From an uncultured virus (IMG/VR IMGVR_UViG_3300024518_002726) (Duplodnaviria; Heunggongvirae; Uroviricota; Caudoviricetes; Crassvirales), in the IMG/VR virus record IMGVR_UViG_3300024518_002726: a DNA stretch of 64,000 nt. The stretch is one strand, 5' to 3'. The position numbers and the translations under genes are program-made. The notes under the pieces were generated by a model, which was not told the DNA's origin, made no database searches, and was given only the letters and a program-made list of their open reading frames with translations. Shown piece by piece: positions 45,401-59,300 of this stretch; the stretch's first letter is position 1, and each line of letters opens with the position of its first letter.

Positions 45401-47338
45401 ATCATTCTTCTTGCGAAACTGCTTTTCTTCTCTTCTTTCAAATTCTCTCATAACAAGAGGAAGAGCAAAAGGACTCATCAGGTTAATTAACTTCCTGTGA
45501 TACTCCTCAAGTATTTCCTCTCTAGAGTTGTTTGCCTCATTTATTATTCTATTTAGTCTTACTGCCTCATCCTTAGTAAAGATCTGTTGTACGAGAGTGT
45601 CTTCCTGTAAGAGAGATGCTATATCTTCAAGGATGGGTTGATAGGCATTGAGTTCTTTATGATAGAATTTCAAACGATGTGTAAGAAGTTGCTCCGCACC
45701 CTGATCTAGATCACTACGAATCCTGTTGAACCTCTTTTCAGCTTCTTTAAAGAAGTTGTGTAGTACTATCTCTGCCTGCTTCTGCTCTATTTTATCTTGT
45801 GTAACTTTTCTCTCTCCCGCTATATTACTTATTTCTCGTTGAAGCGATTCTAGATCATCATTATAATGTACTTGATTCCAACGAAGTTCATCTATTCTTT
45901 GATAGTAAACCTGAGCTACCCTCTTAGCAAGAGCCATACGTTTACTATCAGGAGGAACCTCTCCTTTTAGTTCTTCTTCACTAAAAGCTCTGGCATAAAG
46001 AGGATCTTCAAAAGCAATAGAGTTGCTATTAAGAACCTTAAATTCTTTTGCAAGATTCAAAAGTCTGGATATTTCGTCCTGACTAGAAAATGTTCCTCTA
46101 GTACTTCTAGTATCTAAGCCAAGAAGATTCTTCAGAGCTTCTATAAACTTCTGCCAGAGTGTTTTCTTCTCGTGTTTACCTTCTCTTGTTATATTGACAG
46201 CCTGATCTACAAACTTTCTGAAATTTGGGTTTGAAAAAAGCTCACTTGTAAACTCATGAATGGATCGAATACCATACAAATCCATATCATTAAGTTCTTC
46301 ATCCGTAAACTTACCACCCGTATCCTCCATAAAGGCCATAAGCTCACCATAGATAGTCTCTATCCTATTTCTAAACTCTCTTTCCGAAGTATTGAGTGCA
46401 TCAAGATCTGCACTTAGTACTGTCCTACTTATAGAGTGTACTATCTCATGAAACAGAACGGTGGCAAGTTTATCCTTTCTCTCTTGATCAGACATCTGAC
46501 TTTCATCCAGAAAGACTTCAAAGAACTCTATGCTCTCTCTGGATATCTGTATCTTAGATATAAAATTCCCATTACTAGTTCTATTAAACACCTGAGAAGC
46601 AAGTTTTCCCTTCTTGTTAACATATATCCTCTCTACGACTTGTACAGTAGATCTGTTAGAGAGTATCCGTCTCATCAGAGGACGGAGCTTCTTGAACATA
46701 AGGGATATCTCTTGAGATGGGTTTGAAGCAAGAACAGAGGCTATAACATCATCCAGAGATGCAGTATCTGATCCTTTAATTCCTAATATCCTCTCTAAAA
46801 TATCTGGACCCTTAACTGTGGTACCCAGAGTATAGCCATAATCAGAAAATAGGACAGAGAAATCATCTCCAAAGTCTCTCCTAAATAGATCTTCTATTGC
46901 AACCCATAGACTCTTATTTCTTTTCAGCTTAGATCTAAAGGCTCCAGAGGTTAATATGCGATTAAAAAAGTCCTCTGTAGATTTGGATTGTGATTCTCCT
47001 GTTACTTCAACCCTTGCTATTCTTCTGAAACTATCAAGAAGATCCATGAACCTCTGATTGTTTCTGAGAGCCTCTAGTCTTTCTTCAAATTCATCTCTAT
47101 ACGCTTCCTCTTTTACATCTTTAAGGTCTTCCAGATATTGATAGAAGTTCCACGTCTCTCCAGAATTATTCCAGAGACGACCATCCTCAGAGATCTCGGG
47201 TAATTCAGGGTCTCCTTTCCAATCCCTGAAAGTAGGAGAAGAAACTACTTCATTCAAAATATAGGCAGCATCTATCCCCCGTGTCCTATGGACAGTACGG
47301 AATGGTTCAAGCTTGAGATTTGGACAGAACTTGCTCAT
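42401..47338 (-). CDS. Large ejection/cargo-type virion protein with a zincin-like domain
   Basis: 1645 aa; LFHEIVHS...HEFTSELFSNP; hydrophobic segment near the C-terminus; directly downstream of the virion RNAP. Confidence 0.75.
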   Translation of the reverse strand: MSKFCPNLKLEPFRTVHRTRGIDAAYILNEVVSSPTFRDWKGDPELPEISEDGRLWNNSGETWNFYQYLEDLKDVKEEAYRDEFEERLEALRNNQRFMDLLDSFRRIARVEVTGESQSKSTEDFFNRILTSGAFRSKLKRNKSLWVAIEDLFRRDFGDDFSVLFSDYGYTLGTTVKGPDILERILGIKGSDTASLDDVIASVLASNPSQEISLMFKKLRPLMRRILSNRSTVQVVERIYVNKKGKLASQVFNRTSNGNFISKIQISRESIEFFEVFLDESQMSDQERKDKLATVLFHEIVHSISRTVLSADLDALNTSEREFRNRIETIYGELMAFMEDTGGKFTDEELNDMDLYGIRSIHEFTSELFSNPNFRKFVDQAVNITREGKHEKKTLWQKFIEALKNLLGLDTRSTRGTFSSQDEISRLLNLAKEFKVLNSNSIAFEDPLYARAFSEEELKGEVPPDSKRMALAKRVAQVYYQRIDELRWNQVHYNDDLESLQREISNIAGERKVTQDKIEQKQAEIVLHNFFKEAEKRFNRIRSDLDQGAEQLLTHRLKFYHKELNAYQPILEDIASLLQEDTLVQQIFTKDEAVRLNRIINEANNSREEILEEYHRKLINLMSPFALPLVMREFERREEKQFRKKNDHLTRAQASQLLEKHIPIYMAEHQSEIDEAVKKKIKDLLKYLPRDVSYLWRKTMPYHQSTDEIMQLSKLLLDKHAIDNTLREYWPLEKEFIEIFREFERDSGKVSNQKEFYKAILEVDSTGTFTQYFVQEYRMGEFRAIQRKLYAELDETIDSGKITELEAGKIRRLFFKDNFERRYTDEWYKKLDGIFGKPSKELEAINQRIANIIAVYHGENIDPQETSVDFLKSLKTLYEERNKILGKMGIKQRKALKAIADHPQTDEYQNALIKMQSDKKNGVITDDEYNLWYEATHVRMNPDNPKSSVPLPIFRKLVPKDLKRYSNSRYQEGKYTLKEKWLSRQYKDLMALPESNSTRKLYEYIMKRQAEFDRFRPIGRKLNGRLPGIRKKGWERTGEAQGAEGMWEMTKDELRRRKDDIEFGDPERLFRLDLEGETHRFIPIYYTGEIDEKHQSYDVATMFLANAEMTMRFQNLVEIAPDLEAARDLVKMRDVGTSIKRAGDEKNLAKAEANATEAFEVMLLDQLYGVHRQDKSNVKMWDTLQGYVSHLYLGAHAVASFQNLIYGQALNTVEAISGGYYKRKDLRKAFGQYSADMFEMWKDWTNATTDSRTHQLMLMFDAMKDFRGPRHVYSENTRLKRVIEPSTMLAFHTSGEHFIQGVNMYAMLNRVKIINENGEYINKDGTVVGSEKDAMTLADAYQKNDKGYVEINPMVKKIALDNRHMDWNEQNENFVRRRVHHMNTTIHGNYGHQAKSEIERYIMGRFALQLRKWMLQGARRRMAYSITKGKTSSDLPWWEKDITIADNELGDNFEGIFITALRFHRKLIRDMSWNPLTIMNGANRKAVVSAYRQLDDVEKASYLKSWFEVAVATVMSSFVVFILSHGFDLEEDDEEAKSWWRNVFYYTAYRMRIELALYYNPTALLDIVGSPAVVVSAAGALSEFGEQLLHDIWGVGTLQGMETYQTGSRAGQWKLRKKFQNLIPGVRAIQSLIHIKDKIAYSNLNR

Positions 47339-50300
47339 TCAAATAGATTCGTTTGTCCCGGTTCACATTTCTCTTTAGTTCGTCTAGCACTTTCCTCTAT
47401 CTCCTCAGAAGTTAGATTTGTAACATCTGTGAGATTTCCTCCATCGTCTGCTCCTATAACATCCTCTTCCAGTTCTGGATTTTGAGCGAATGAAACTTTC
47501 TTTCTAAGCTCATCATCCTGTACTGCTCTGGTTGGGACTTTTATTCTATAATATTCTCCACTTTCTGTATGATACTCAGTCTTTCTATCAGCATCTTGAT
47601 AGTATCCCAACTTCCTCACTTCTTTGTAAGTAGCTGTACCATTAGGACTCATAGTTGAAATTTGGTACAATCTCTCATTACTTACATCATAAAGGAAAGG
47701 TTTATACACAAGTTGATCGTCTTCCTTACTTGCCTCAAAGACCCCAGATATTAATCTTAGGTTTTGTGCTCCAACGATACCTATGGTAATAGTTTTTTCA
47801 TCTACTATCTCTACATCTTTCTCTTCTAACAGTTCTATCTCTGAGAGTTGACGCACAAAGTTCTTGTTGTTATAATTGTGAGCATAGACTTGAGCAAGAA
47901 CATCAGAGTGATAACTTGGATAGGTATCTACCCCTTTCATCTTCTCCTTGAAATAGTTATCAATTTGAATATGATCTCTAAACAACTGGGAGTTTAAAGT
48001 AACATCGTGGAAAGTAAAAGTACCTCTTCTTCCTCCACTGGCTACTATACTATAGTATCCTATGTCCTTTGCAAACTGTTCATCTTCTTCAAGCAACTCT
48101 TCAAATCCTGCAATAAGTAGCTGAAGTTTGTCACCATCTCTCTTATTCTGCTTTGCCCTTATAAACTGATATCCTTCAGCGGGAGTATGTACATCTAGAA
48201 AGTCAAGAAACTCATTTCTTGTAAGTTGTGTTTTAGCTGCTTCATCCCAAGCACCAGAATCCATCTCTTTCTGAAGCTCTACTCTTGTACTTTCTACTCT
48301 CTTATCTATGTATTCCTGTCTCTCATCTCCCTTGAGTTTCTTCTGATCTGCCTCTTGATTCAGAAAATGCTTTCTTATCCTCAGATTACGATTCAGTTTA
48401 TTTTTCTTTGCCCATCTTTGCTTTACAACCTTTAGCTGTTCAACCATGTTATTTGGACCTATAAACATATCCTCTATCTGAGAATCTGTTATTCCAGAGT
48501 AGTCCAAAAACTCCATCAACTGATAGGAGTATACAGAATTATGAATCTCTTGAATGGCCTCTTCATTTATACCTATGAAATCACCTTGAGTCTTTCGGAT
48601 ATCGCTCAGGGCAGACTCATAGAAAGGAGAGAGTTCAAGAAAGTATTGCTTCAGGAGCTTTAGAGAAAAGAGTACAGAGTTCCTATAGTACGTAGTTATC
48701 ATATTGTCAGGGTTCCTGAATATAGACTCAGCACCCTCAATATTTGTATTCTCAGAACTTAATACTTCATTTATCCTGTTCCTTGTAGCAACAAGACTTG
48801 CTATAGAGCTTCCCGGACCCAGAGTATCAACCCTTGTAGCTCGAATTAACATACCCAAAGTTCTAGACGTAGCTGACCAATTACTAAACTCTCTGATAAA
48901 CATCCTCTGAAAGAAGTGAAAATCAGATCCACTTTGATTATCAGGGTTTAAGTAATAGTCAAGCATATCTTCATTCATATGCTCTAACTTGGTCTTGAAA
49001 ACCTCCCCTTTCTCAAGAGCCTCCTTTACTGGCTTTGGTATTCTTAGTCTTGGTCTCCTTATTGTATCTTTCTCCTTATTATATAGAGCTTCTCTTTCGG
49101 AATCTAAAAATCCAGCAGGTACTCCTAGATCATCAGTCTCAGAAAGCTCTGGGAAAATAGAGATGAGTTCTTCGTTTCTGGCATCTTGTATCTTTTTAAC
49201 AGTTCCTTTTTCCAGATTTTCTACTACTATTCTCGCACTGGGACTTTTTCTTGCATAAAACTCACTCTGTCCCATAGCTAATTGTTGGGAGAGTTCTTCT
49301 ATGATAGGCTGCTTGAGAAACTTAAATACCTTTCTATAGGGTATACCAGCACGTATCATAGTAAGAGCAACCTGTGCAGTAAACTCATTCATCCCGAGAT
49401 AGTGCAGATAGGGATTCTTTACAGCATCAAGTGCTCCATTAAGTATACCGGAGAGAACATCTACAATTATATACTCCTTATCAGTATCAAATATGTTACT
49501 AAAGGTGAAACCACCTTTGATATTAACTCCAGTATCTTGAAGAAGAGCGTGATTTACGATATGTACAGCAGTCTGACTAATCAAACCTTTAGAGTCACCA
49601 AAGATATCGGTCTGATTCAACTGGTTGGTAATAGTAAAGAAGTCAGGCATATTAGACTTCTCTCTACCAGTTATTGCTTCAATCTCATCTGCAAGTTCAC
49701 CTAACTTTATAGATTCAATAGGAGTAACAGAGTGAAGATATACCGCAGGATGAGAGAGAAGTCCGTGGTACATCTCAATAATCCTATTAGTAATAGCTCC
49801 CTTACCGTTTTGCCGTTCTGGAGACCATCTTATAAATTGCTTTATTGATGAAAGACCTCTTCTCTTAGCAAAGTCAGCAATTACTCTATCTTGCTCAAAC
49901 TTATCTTTTGCTCTCCGTAGTCTAGCTCGATCTTGATTGGTACCCTTGGACTTCATGTGACCCAAAACATACCTTCGGTATCTTCCTAATGCAGCAGCAG
50001 TAGGAGTCTTACCATCTTCTTTCAGAGAAGGAGCGTTATCCATCTTGTGATAACGAATCTCTCCTTTGCTGTTTATATAAAACTCAGGCAACATCAAGTA
50101 CATCTTATCTATGTCAAAGTCAGAACCAGTTTTAACTGTGACTTCATCATACATAATAATACTATCTCCCATCTCTGGTGGTAGAAATCCTACCACTCTA
50201 GCAGAGTCGATGGAAAATCTTGCCTGACCGGGCACACGATATGTAATTACACGAGATAGTTCTGGATTCTCATTAAAGAACCTTCTTACTTCCTCTTGAT

Positions 50301-53300
50301 TATAGGTACCATCTTCATTGTATATATTTTCTGGAAGCTTATCTGCAAACCAGCTAGGAAGAAGAATATCTCCCGGCTTATAAATCTGAGATCCTACAGC
50401 TATTGAAGGGAGTTTCTTTTTTAAGGTCTCTTCATAGACAGTACGTATCGCATTAGCTTGCTTTTCATTTATCTTAAGTTGACCTCTGGGTCCTCTACCT
50501 CTTGTGCCAATAAGAGCAGCATTATTAACAAGGGTAGGAGTAGAATCCATCCTGTTAAATTTTCCTTCCTCATAGTTCCAAGTGAACCAAGAATTTTGGG
50601 TATCTACGAATACAAATACTGCTTTACCGTTGTCAATAGCCATCTGCACTCCCCACCCAGTTCCACCCTGCACTGCTGTAGTTCCGTCAAAGTCATTGGC
50701 AATAGCATATACAGCCTTTGCATTTTTAATCTGGAACCAGTTTCTACGGAGGAGATCGTTAGTATACCTATTAGGTTCTCCTTTATTGGGACCAGACCTA
50801 ATGACCATAGGATAGTCTCTATTTGGAAGAGACTCATAAGCTTTGGCTACGTGTTCATCAGCTTCCTCAAGCTGTTCATCGGTCAATACAATAAGATTCT
50901 TTCTTCCTTGCCTTCTCATAGAAGCTTCATGAACTTCTCCTATGATGTTGCCCATCTTAATACCATACTCCTGACCTAGATCAAACCAGAGAGTATCCGA
51001 TCCACTCGCAGCACCAGAGAAAGCAGTTATATTGTCAAGCGTACTGGATTTATCTATCTGACCTGTTTCACTCACACGTCTTATCTTATAGACATATAGG
51101 GATCGTTTACCCTCTATAAAGTCACGAGTATGCTTGAACTTTGCATTCTCTTTTGCATCTTCTAAACTATCAAATCCCTCTCTCTTAGCCCAATCCTCCT
51201 GTCTTTCACTAGAGAGCTTGGTAAAGTCTTCTACTTTCCTTCCACTAATATGAACTACAGTTCCATCTGGAAGTTTGTAATATCCTTGTTGTAAGAACTT
51301 TGTTCTTGTGGTAACATCTTTACGACCAGACTTTATCTTCTTTATGTTATCCGGTTGCATCGCTAGAGCAGGAGCGTCTTCAAAATCCTTTCCTACTAAC
51401 TGAGGTGGAAGCAGATCAGGATACATGGAGTAGAGGGTAGCCTTATCCTCCTGTGATAGCTTAGAGAATCCCCTGAAGCCTGCAATCCCGGCTCCTGAGA
51501 TCTGTATCATTGAACCGCCAAAAGAGTTCGATTCAACAGAGTAACGACGTATTACGCCAAGCACGATATGCTGAATGCTTCGCTTCATCGCGTGGGTAGA
51601 GAAGGGAACCTTTATTTCCCCTGACTCATCAAGATCAAACATCTCAATGACAGAGTTTGGAAGTCCTTCTCTAGCTGCACGTCTCTTCAACGTAGAAACA
51701 AAAGCACCGTGCCTACTAACTTCGAAATGACTACCTCTATCTATTATACCCCACTTATCTCTAAGAGTCTCCATCTCAATATCACTAAGAGCAGAGTAAA
51801 GATGATTCATCTCCTTCTTCCAGTCAGAAGCAGACATGTCCTTACCAGAGACTTCAAACAGAAAATAGTCAGCTATTGCAGCAAACACATTTTTACGTTG
51901 CTGCGTGCCTATTTTTCTGTTCTTCATTCCCTTATAGGGAGTTTCGCTCTGTAGTTTCCAGTATTCATTTTGAAGAACTATAGGAGCAAGAGATTGATCA
52001 CCACTTATAAAACCTTGAAGTGTTCTTAATCCAGATGCTCCTACCTTTATACCAGATTCATAGATAGCTTCACCTATTCCTTCTTCATTCATACGAGCAA
52101 GGAGGTTCTCCATAACAGTATTTCCCTTGACCAGAGAGGGAAGAAGTACGGCTTGAGAGTATTTGAGATAAACAGGAACCAGATGCTCTCCACGTTTTTC
52201 AAGATTCCAGTATACTCCCTTTAAAGGCTGGAGAAATAACCCGTGGGCTTTTGGATCTATAGGCTTTCCTGCTTTAAGATCTTCAAATGGTGCATCATAT
52301 TCAGGTCTCCATCTTCCTATACCAACCATTATCTCTTTGAATCTATCAAGAGTAATGTAAGCTTGAGCATCTGTGGTATTTACTTCTCTATATGGAGCTA
52401 CAATTTCTTCTGCTCTTTTCTCAATTATTGCTTCATCATCATATCCCCATTGTTCTCTCAATATCTGTTTGATCCTTCCCTTGAACTTACTTGTGCCAAG
52501 GAACTCACTCTGAGCTATAATATCTCTAAGAACAATGACTTTAAAGGTTGGACTTATATCTTCTTTATAGACTATAGGATGAATGCCGGAAACCATAATA
52601 GCACCAGCTCTCTTTCCTATATCCGCAACGTCTTTGTAGAAAGCCCAATCTCCATGATTGAGATACATCTGTTCTACGTTAGCTACAAGAGAATTACTCA
52701 AAGCATCTACTACAGCCAACATCTCAGATATGCGTGAACCTTCGCCTCTAAATTTACGGTACCAATCAACAAAAGGTTTGTGAATAAACTTGTTACGGAC
52801 CTCATAGAAACCTTCATTTTCGGTTTCCATCATGAGTTCCATGTCTACAAGATTATCAAAATCGGTTTTGAGTCTCCACCTTAACCAGTTATTTGCATAT
52901 GGATTTAGAAGTTTTTCTTCTTCGCTAGTCAGAGAAGATTTTCTTGCTAAAAACTTTCCTTCCTCATCACTTTCTACTTCTCCTATTCTAACAAGAGATC
53001 TTCCAAAGTGATTCTCATACAGAACTTCAAACAGATCAGGATCACTATTGATAAGTATTTCTGGAGATAGTTCGGGGAACATAAGCATTTTGAGTCCATT
53101 TGCTTCAGTCAGCAAACGTGCTCTATACTGTTTTATTCCCTCTCCTTCTTCCATAGCAACATTGCCGTGGAAAGTTGAGATGAGTTCATCAGGATGTAGA
53201 GAGTTTATTTCATCATAAACAACACGGGTTCTCATCAGTTCAGAGATCATAAACTTCCGAACTATCTTTTGGATATTACTGTGGAACTTTACTCTCAGAG

Positions 53301-56300
53301 GATCTATTTGAGCATTCTCGTTATACTCAAGACTTTCTACTGTTCTTACAGGTACATATCCATGACCAAAGAACTGGTCCAATCTATCTGACATATTCAG
53401 AAGCGGGAAGTGAGTCATATTATTATAACCCTCACTTCCAACTACTCCTTTTAACATCAAGTTCAGAATAGTAACTGTCTTATCCGTCTTGGATAGTTCT
53501 TCAAAAGTCTTACCTTTATCTCCTCTAATAGATCTCGTATTTCTAACATCAAGACCAAGAACTAGTCTCAAAGTCTTTACACTTCTACCAGCCCTTCCAC
53601 TTCTTTTAACACGAAGCAGATTGTTGTAAAATGTACTTCCTATTCTCGTGAAGAAGGATGACTCATAATCTCTAAGATGTTCACTAGGATTCTGAGATAT
53701 CTGTGCCCAACGTCTTTGAAGCCATCTTTGAGGACCATATATCCACCTTACATTCTTTCCAGCTACAGTTACTGTGGTATCATTTCCCTGACCATCTACA
53801 AATATCTTAGCATCTGCCAGTTCTGTAAAAGCCACAGACCAAAGAGGAGAGTGTTCTCTTTTGGATAGATCTACATCTCCTGCTTCTTCTGCTTCTACAA
53901 GATTTACAAGTCTTTCAAAAGTCGTAGTTCCTCTAGCTCTTCTTGGAGATATAGAACGCTGAATAAGATCATCTAGAAATGCCTGAAAGTTATCAAACTT
54001 GCTATTATTTATCCCTCTACCTACAGATATAGCAAAGTTTATAGCTTGAAACTCTATGTTTATTCCTATAGAGTTAAATGCTTCCTTCAAAAGATCCATC
54101 TGTTCATCTACAAATGCATCAGGAGGAAGAGCATCTAGCTGTGTAATCCTATTTATAGCTTCATAGTCAGTAAGACTTTTGTATATCTTATTTACATCTT
54201 CTATAAAGCTTCTTATCAGGTGTGGATTAGTCTTCACACCCATACTTTCCATATTAGATGCCCACTCAGCTATTATAGCACGAGCACCTGCTTGTCGTCT
54301 ACTGGAAAAGTCAGCACCTTCTAAACCAGATTTCTTCCCGCGTTGATCAAATATTGGATTCCAGAGAAAACTTCTGAACTCAGAGTCATTTAATTGGAAA
54401 GCAAGAGCCAACTGCTTTAGCAGTCTAGGCTTCTTCTTCATCTGATTTATAACTATGATCAGATATTCAAGATTTGGATCAAAGGTTTTTATGCGTTCGA
54501 GCTTGGCCTCCATAGACTCTATCTCACCAAGCTCTCTATTTATAGGAACTCCTCCCTCAAGAAGAGATTCAAGTCTACCCCAAACACTTGCAAAGGGTAT
54601 GAACTTAGGCATACCAAAATAGCGACCATTTTTAACCTTTAGAGAAGGAAGACCTTTACTTAGAGCAGTAGCAGGAACAGTTTCCATCTCAGGCAACATA
54701 GCGAGAGCTAGCTTTATACTAGATCTTGCTCTTTCCTTCTGGCTATATTCATATGGCTTTCTGGTATCAAAGTCCTTTCCTTGCTTTCTACGTTCTTCTT
54801 CTTCAGCATCTTCTATAAGAGAAAGTTCAAGATCATTCGACTCTACTCCTAATCTTTCAAAGAATAGTTTCAGATCTTCTTGAACTGCCCTCCAGACAGC
54901 AGGGTCTTTTAGTATTTGTTCTAACTTTTCAGCTACTTCTCTATTTCCTTTCTGTCTTTGCTTTACAATTACAGAAGTGAGGTATTTCTTTGCACTATCG
55001 AAATTAGCATGTGTTATATGCTCAAGTTCTGGAAGTCTACCTTTAGCTTTCTTTCTATCCTCAGCTATACTATAGTCCAAACCAGAATACTTAACAGCTA
55101 CATAGGCAAGACTATTTCTAAGTTCCAGTAATTCTGGATCACTGAAATTATCTATCTTAAGATAAGAGTAGTCATGATAGTACGTACTTCTATATACAGG
55201 CTTTGGTTTATACGCATAGACTCCAAGTTCTATGTTCCTGAATAGATCTTCAATAGAAACTCTATTATGTCTCAGAGCTTGTATAAATCTTATTATTCTC
55301 TCAAAGAATCTCTTAACTTTTGCTCCGAAGGAGTTATCTACCTCTTGATCAATAGTAGCAAATCTGAGTTCTTGAGATAGAAATTCTTCAACTTCTCTAT
55401 CAGACAGAGAATCTAAAGCTGGAAACTTTTCTCTAGCTTCATCTATTATCTCCGCACGTTGCCTATCATCTAGGTAAGAATTAAATACAGCGTGAAACGC
55501 CTCATGATAAGCTGTACCCGGAATACCCATTTTACTCAAGGTAATAACACCACTCTTGAATAAACCGTAGGCTTCAGTTCCGTGTAGATTTACCAGATCT
55601 TCTATAACGTCAACTGATATATAAGGAAGTCTTTTCTTTAACCAAGCTACTTCTCTCTGAATATCTATTCTTCCTTCTTGGTCCCTCTCAACCTGAGTAG
55701 TTCCTCTTACAAGGAAGAGTTCATCTGTAGGTTCATCTGCAACATCGTCTATCCAAGAATCATCTTCTTTACCCTCTTCCTGTACTGCCTCTTCCATAAG
55801 GACAGGTTCAGCAGTAGCACGAGCATCTTTAGTTTCTTCTGTAAGATCCTCCCACAAGAATCTGATATATTCATTCCAAGTAGCTATAGGATTAGGAATG
55901 ACCCAAAGATTTCCTGCCTCATCTCTAGTTGCCAGAAGAGTACTGACTTGTGGAGAGGGTTCAATAATAGGTTTACTCTTAAAAAACTCAGTCTCATCAA
56001 TTCCTACTATACTATAGTCTAGATTAAAACTTTCTCTAGGTGGAGAAACAGCCTTCTTTACTACTTCCTCTCGAACCTCAGCCTCCGTAACCCTTCCCTC
56101 AAGACTAAAGGGATCATCAGCAGAAATGACCCATTCTGCCTCTATATCAGTAAGAGTTCTTCCTGTAAGTAGTCTATAGGCTTGACGTAGAGAATCAAGA
56201 ACTGGTTCAGCTCTCTCATCACTCATCTCTACGATTTGATCTGCAAGCTCGTCTACAGTAAGATCTCTACCCGGATTATCTCTATTGTAGTTCTCAACCC

Positions 56301-59300
56301 ATACATCTATGGGTATAGCAAATCTTCCACTTCCTGCTACACCAAGACCGGGTGCAAATTTAGGACCTAGATACTTGAGTAGACCGCTGGAGGATAATTT
56401 ATCATATGCTCTTTGGAAACTATCCCAAGTAACTAAACCATATGCAGCAAAAGAAGACTTAAGTGGATGATTAGAAAACTCGTCATCTAACAACTGTCTG
56501 ACAGCAACATAAGCCTGAGCAATCTCTTGAGGGTTCTTACTCCTCTCAGATACTAACTTACCGAGATTCCTTGGTTCTGCGTTTCCTCCTTCGTCAAAAT
56601 AATTCTCAGCATCCTCTCTAGAAATACCAGTAAGGACATTTTCCGTGTCCATATCGGCTTTACTATATGAGACAAGATTGCTAAAGAGGTATTCATCGCT
56701 ATAGCTATAAAGTCTATTGTCTGCAAGAGCATCTCTAAATACAGGAGAACCATCTTTATCATTCCCTGTAAATACAAGTTCTCTTACTACCTCTTCATCT
56801 TCTCCTCTTTCGTTTCTACGAATTACAGTAAGTTCTATTCTGTCTCCTGTAAAACCAACAGTAGCTGTATCTCTTCTCTTCTTGAGAATCCCATCCCACG
56901 CACTTCTAGATTGACTATCTTGATCAGAAGTATCACTGAGATCAAGGTCTGTATATGTTACAGAGACTACAGGTTCTATATATGTTCCTAGATGATCCTC
57001 AATATTATCATCAGTAATTATACTACTACCTCCTTCAAGATATACCTGTGGATGATAGAAGAGTCCTTGAATGGGAGGACCACCTCTTTCATCTCCTTCT
57101 AGCTGAAGATCAGTAGTCAGTACAGGATCATCTCCTTTAGTTATAAGATCTCTGTACTTTGTATCCTCATTTATTTCCTCTCCAAGAAAAGTAAATGTGT
57201 CATTAGATTGAGTTGCTTCACTGTTAAGCATCTCAACAATATTGTCATCACCTTCGTTATCAAGAAACTTCTTCTTTACAGCACGTACTTTATGTGTCAT
57301 CAAATGTTCAATGACATCTTGCTTAACAGGACGTAAACTAGAGATTCTATAGTTTTGATCTCCTATGGTTACTGTAGTCCTACCAAGTTGACCTTTTTTG
57401 AAGTTAATCTTAAGGTTTCTGGCAATATTATGTGGAGCTTCCCTGCTCAGAAAGGGATAGGTAAGAAGATCCAGAGCAGCAAGAGGAGTAATACCTTCTA
57501 CAATAATGTCTCCTTTTTCATTAACTATTGGCTTCTGATTGGGATTCTGAGTTGTATCCCCTATGATCTTATCGAATTGAAAAGTAAGTCCGTGGATAAG
57601 AAGATCATATATAAGTTCAGCTTCTTGTCTATTGAGGTGTCTTTGCTTGAGTTTTACGGGGAACAGTTTCCCTATAGTATCTCGAAGAACAGCATAGACA
57701 GAACCAGAAGATCTGATTACACTGTCTGGATCATTGGAGTCCATCAATATAGGATCTCCATTCTCATCCCGATAAACTTGATTAATCGGTTTTGGAATTG
57801 CTATATAATGACCTGTTGCATCTACAAGTCTACCATTTGGAAGTACAATTCCAAGTAGATAGTGATCTTGATTTACAACTGTTAGTAATTCATCAAGAGT
57901 AGACTCCTTTTCTACATTAGGAATTAACTTCCCTCTAGTCTCATAGGCACGAACGTATACATTTTCATTTTTGGCAAGTCTTTCGTAAGCAGCAGCTTTG
58001 AGAGATGCTGTCCCTACTTCTTTATGTTCTATTCTAAGAGCAGGATAATCCTTATCTTTAAGATTTTGAGTAAGACTACTATCTCGTATGAAGGTAGATA
58101 CAATATTTCCATTCTTGTCTTTCATAGGGTTCGTAGTACCCTCTTCAAGACCATGAAATTTCATAGGGAAGTCTATAGGATCTACAGCTACTTCATTTCC
58201 TTCTTCATTTACAAAGTAATAAGAAACTATAGTCTCTATTCCACCAACAAGTTTTGTATGAGCACCAATAGGCGCTCTATTCATATAGAGTTGAAATTGT
58301 TCGTCTGTTAATCTGTGTCCTTTAGGATTTTCAGGAGTGCCAACAATCTCTTCTTCTGTAGGGATATACAGACGAACAGGACTTCCATTGAATACTGCTG
58401 AGGTTTGGGCTTCAAGATGTGCAGCAAATCCATAGTTTGCATCTCCCGGAATCAGTCTATGGTATCCAGCCATAGCTTCTGTGTGCTCCATTACACTAAA
58501 AGCAGAAACTCTATCTGTATTGAAGTCATTGAAAATGTATGCGCCTTCTACATCAGCACCATCAGGATCTGCTTCTTGACCATCAGTAGTATCGAAAAAT
58601 TCATCCTGAGTAACTCTGCTATCAGAGTCTTCTGCTTCATCATCACCAGCAGGTCTGTCTTCTGTAGTAACTGTACCTGCCTTTCTTCTCTCCTCCTCTT
58701 GTTTAGCTACAGCTTCTGTATCCTTAATCGTCTTTTCAAGATCTCTAAGGTGTTGTTCTCCAGCCTTGTTGTCATCAAAAGGAAGTCCATCTGATACATT
58801 TAAATCAAAATCTTCCTCATCTTCCTCCTCCTCTTCTTCAATTTCTCCTTCTGTTTTAGGAGCATCTTCCTTATCTACTTTCTCTCCTGTAGCCTCTTCG
58901 TATATCTTCTTTGCCTTATCAGAGAGATCAACATCTTCATCACCTGAAATCTCAGCACCTTCAGCCGATTCAGCCTCATCTTTTGTTCTCTTCTCTTCTT
59001 CTTTTGCCTCTTCAAAAGCCTCTTCAGAAGCTTGTTCTGCTTCCTTTGAGATCTTTTCTTCCTCTACCTTCTTCTTTGATCGCCTCTTCCAAAATTTAGC
59101 TCTTTCAACTACAGTTTCTTTCTTATCTTTTCTACTTTCTTTCTCTTTCTCTTCCTGCTTCTCCCTCTTAACTTCTTTATCTTTCTCTCTAAGTGCGTTC
59201 TGTCCTTCTGTAGATTCTAGATAAGCTAGTTGCTCATTAGTATTATCTAAGAAAATCTCAATTCCAGAAACAAGAGCATCTGCTTTTTTCCAAGAACTAT

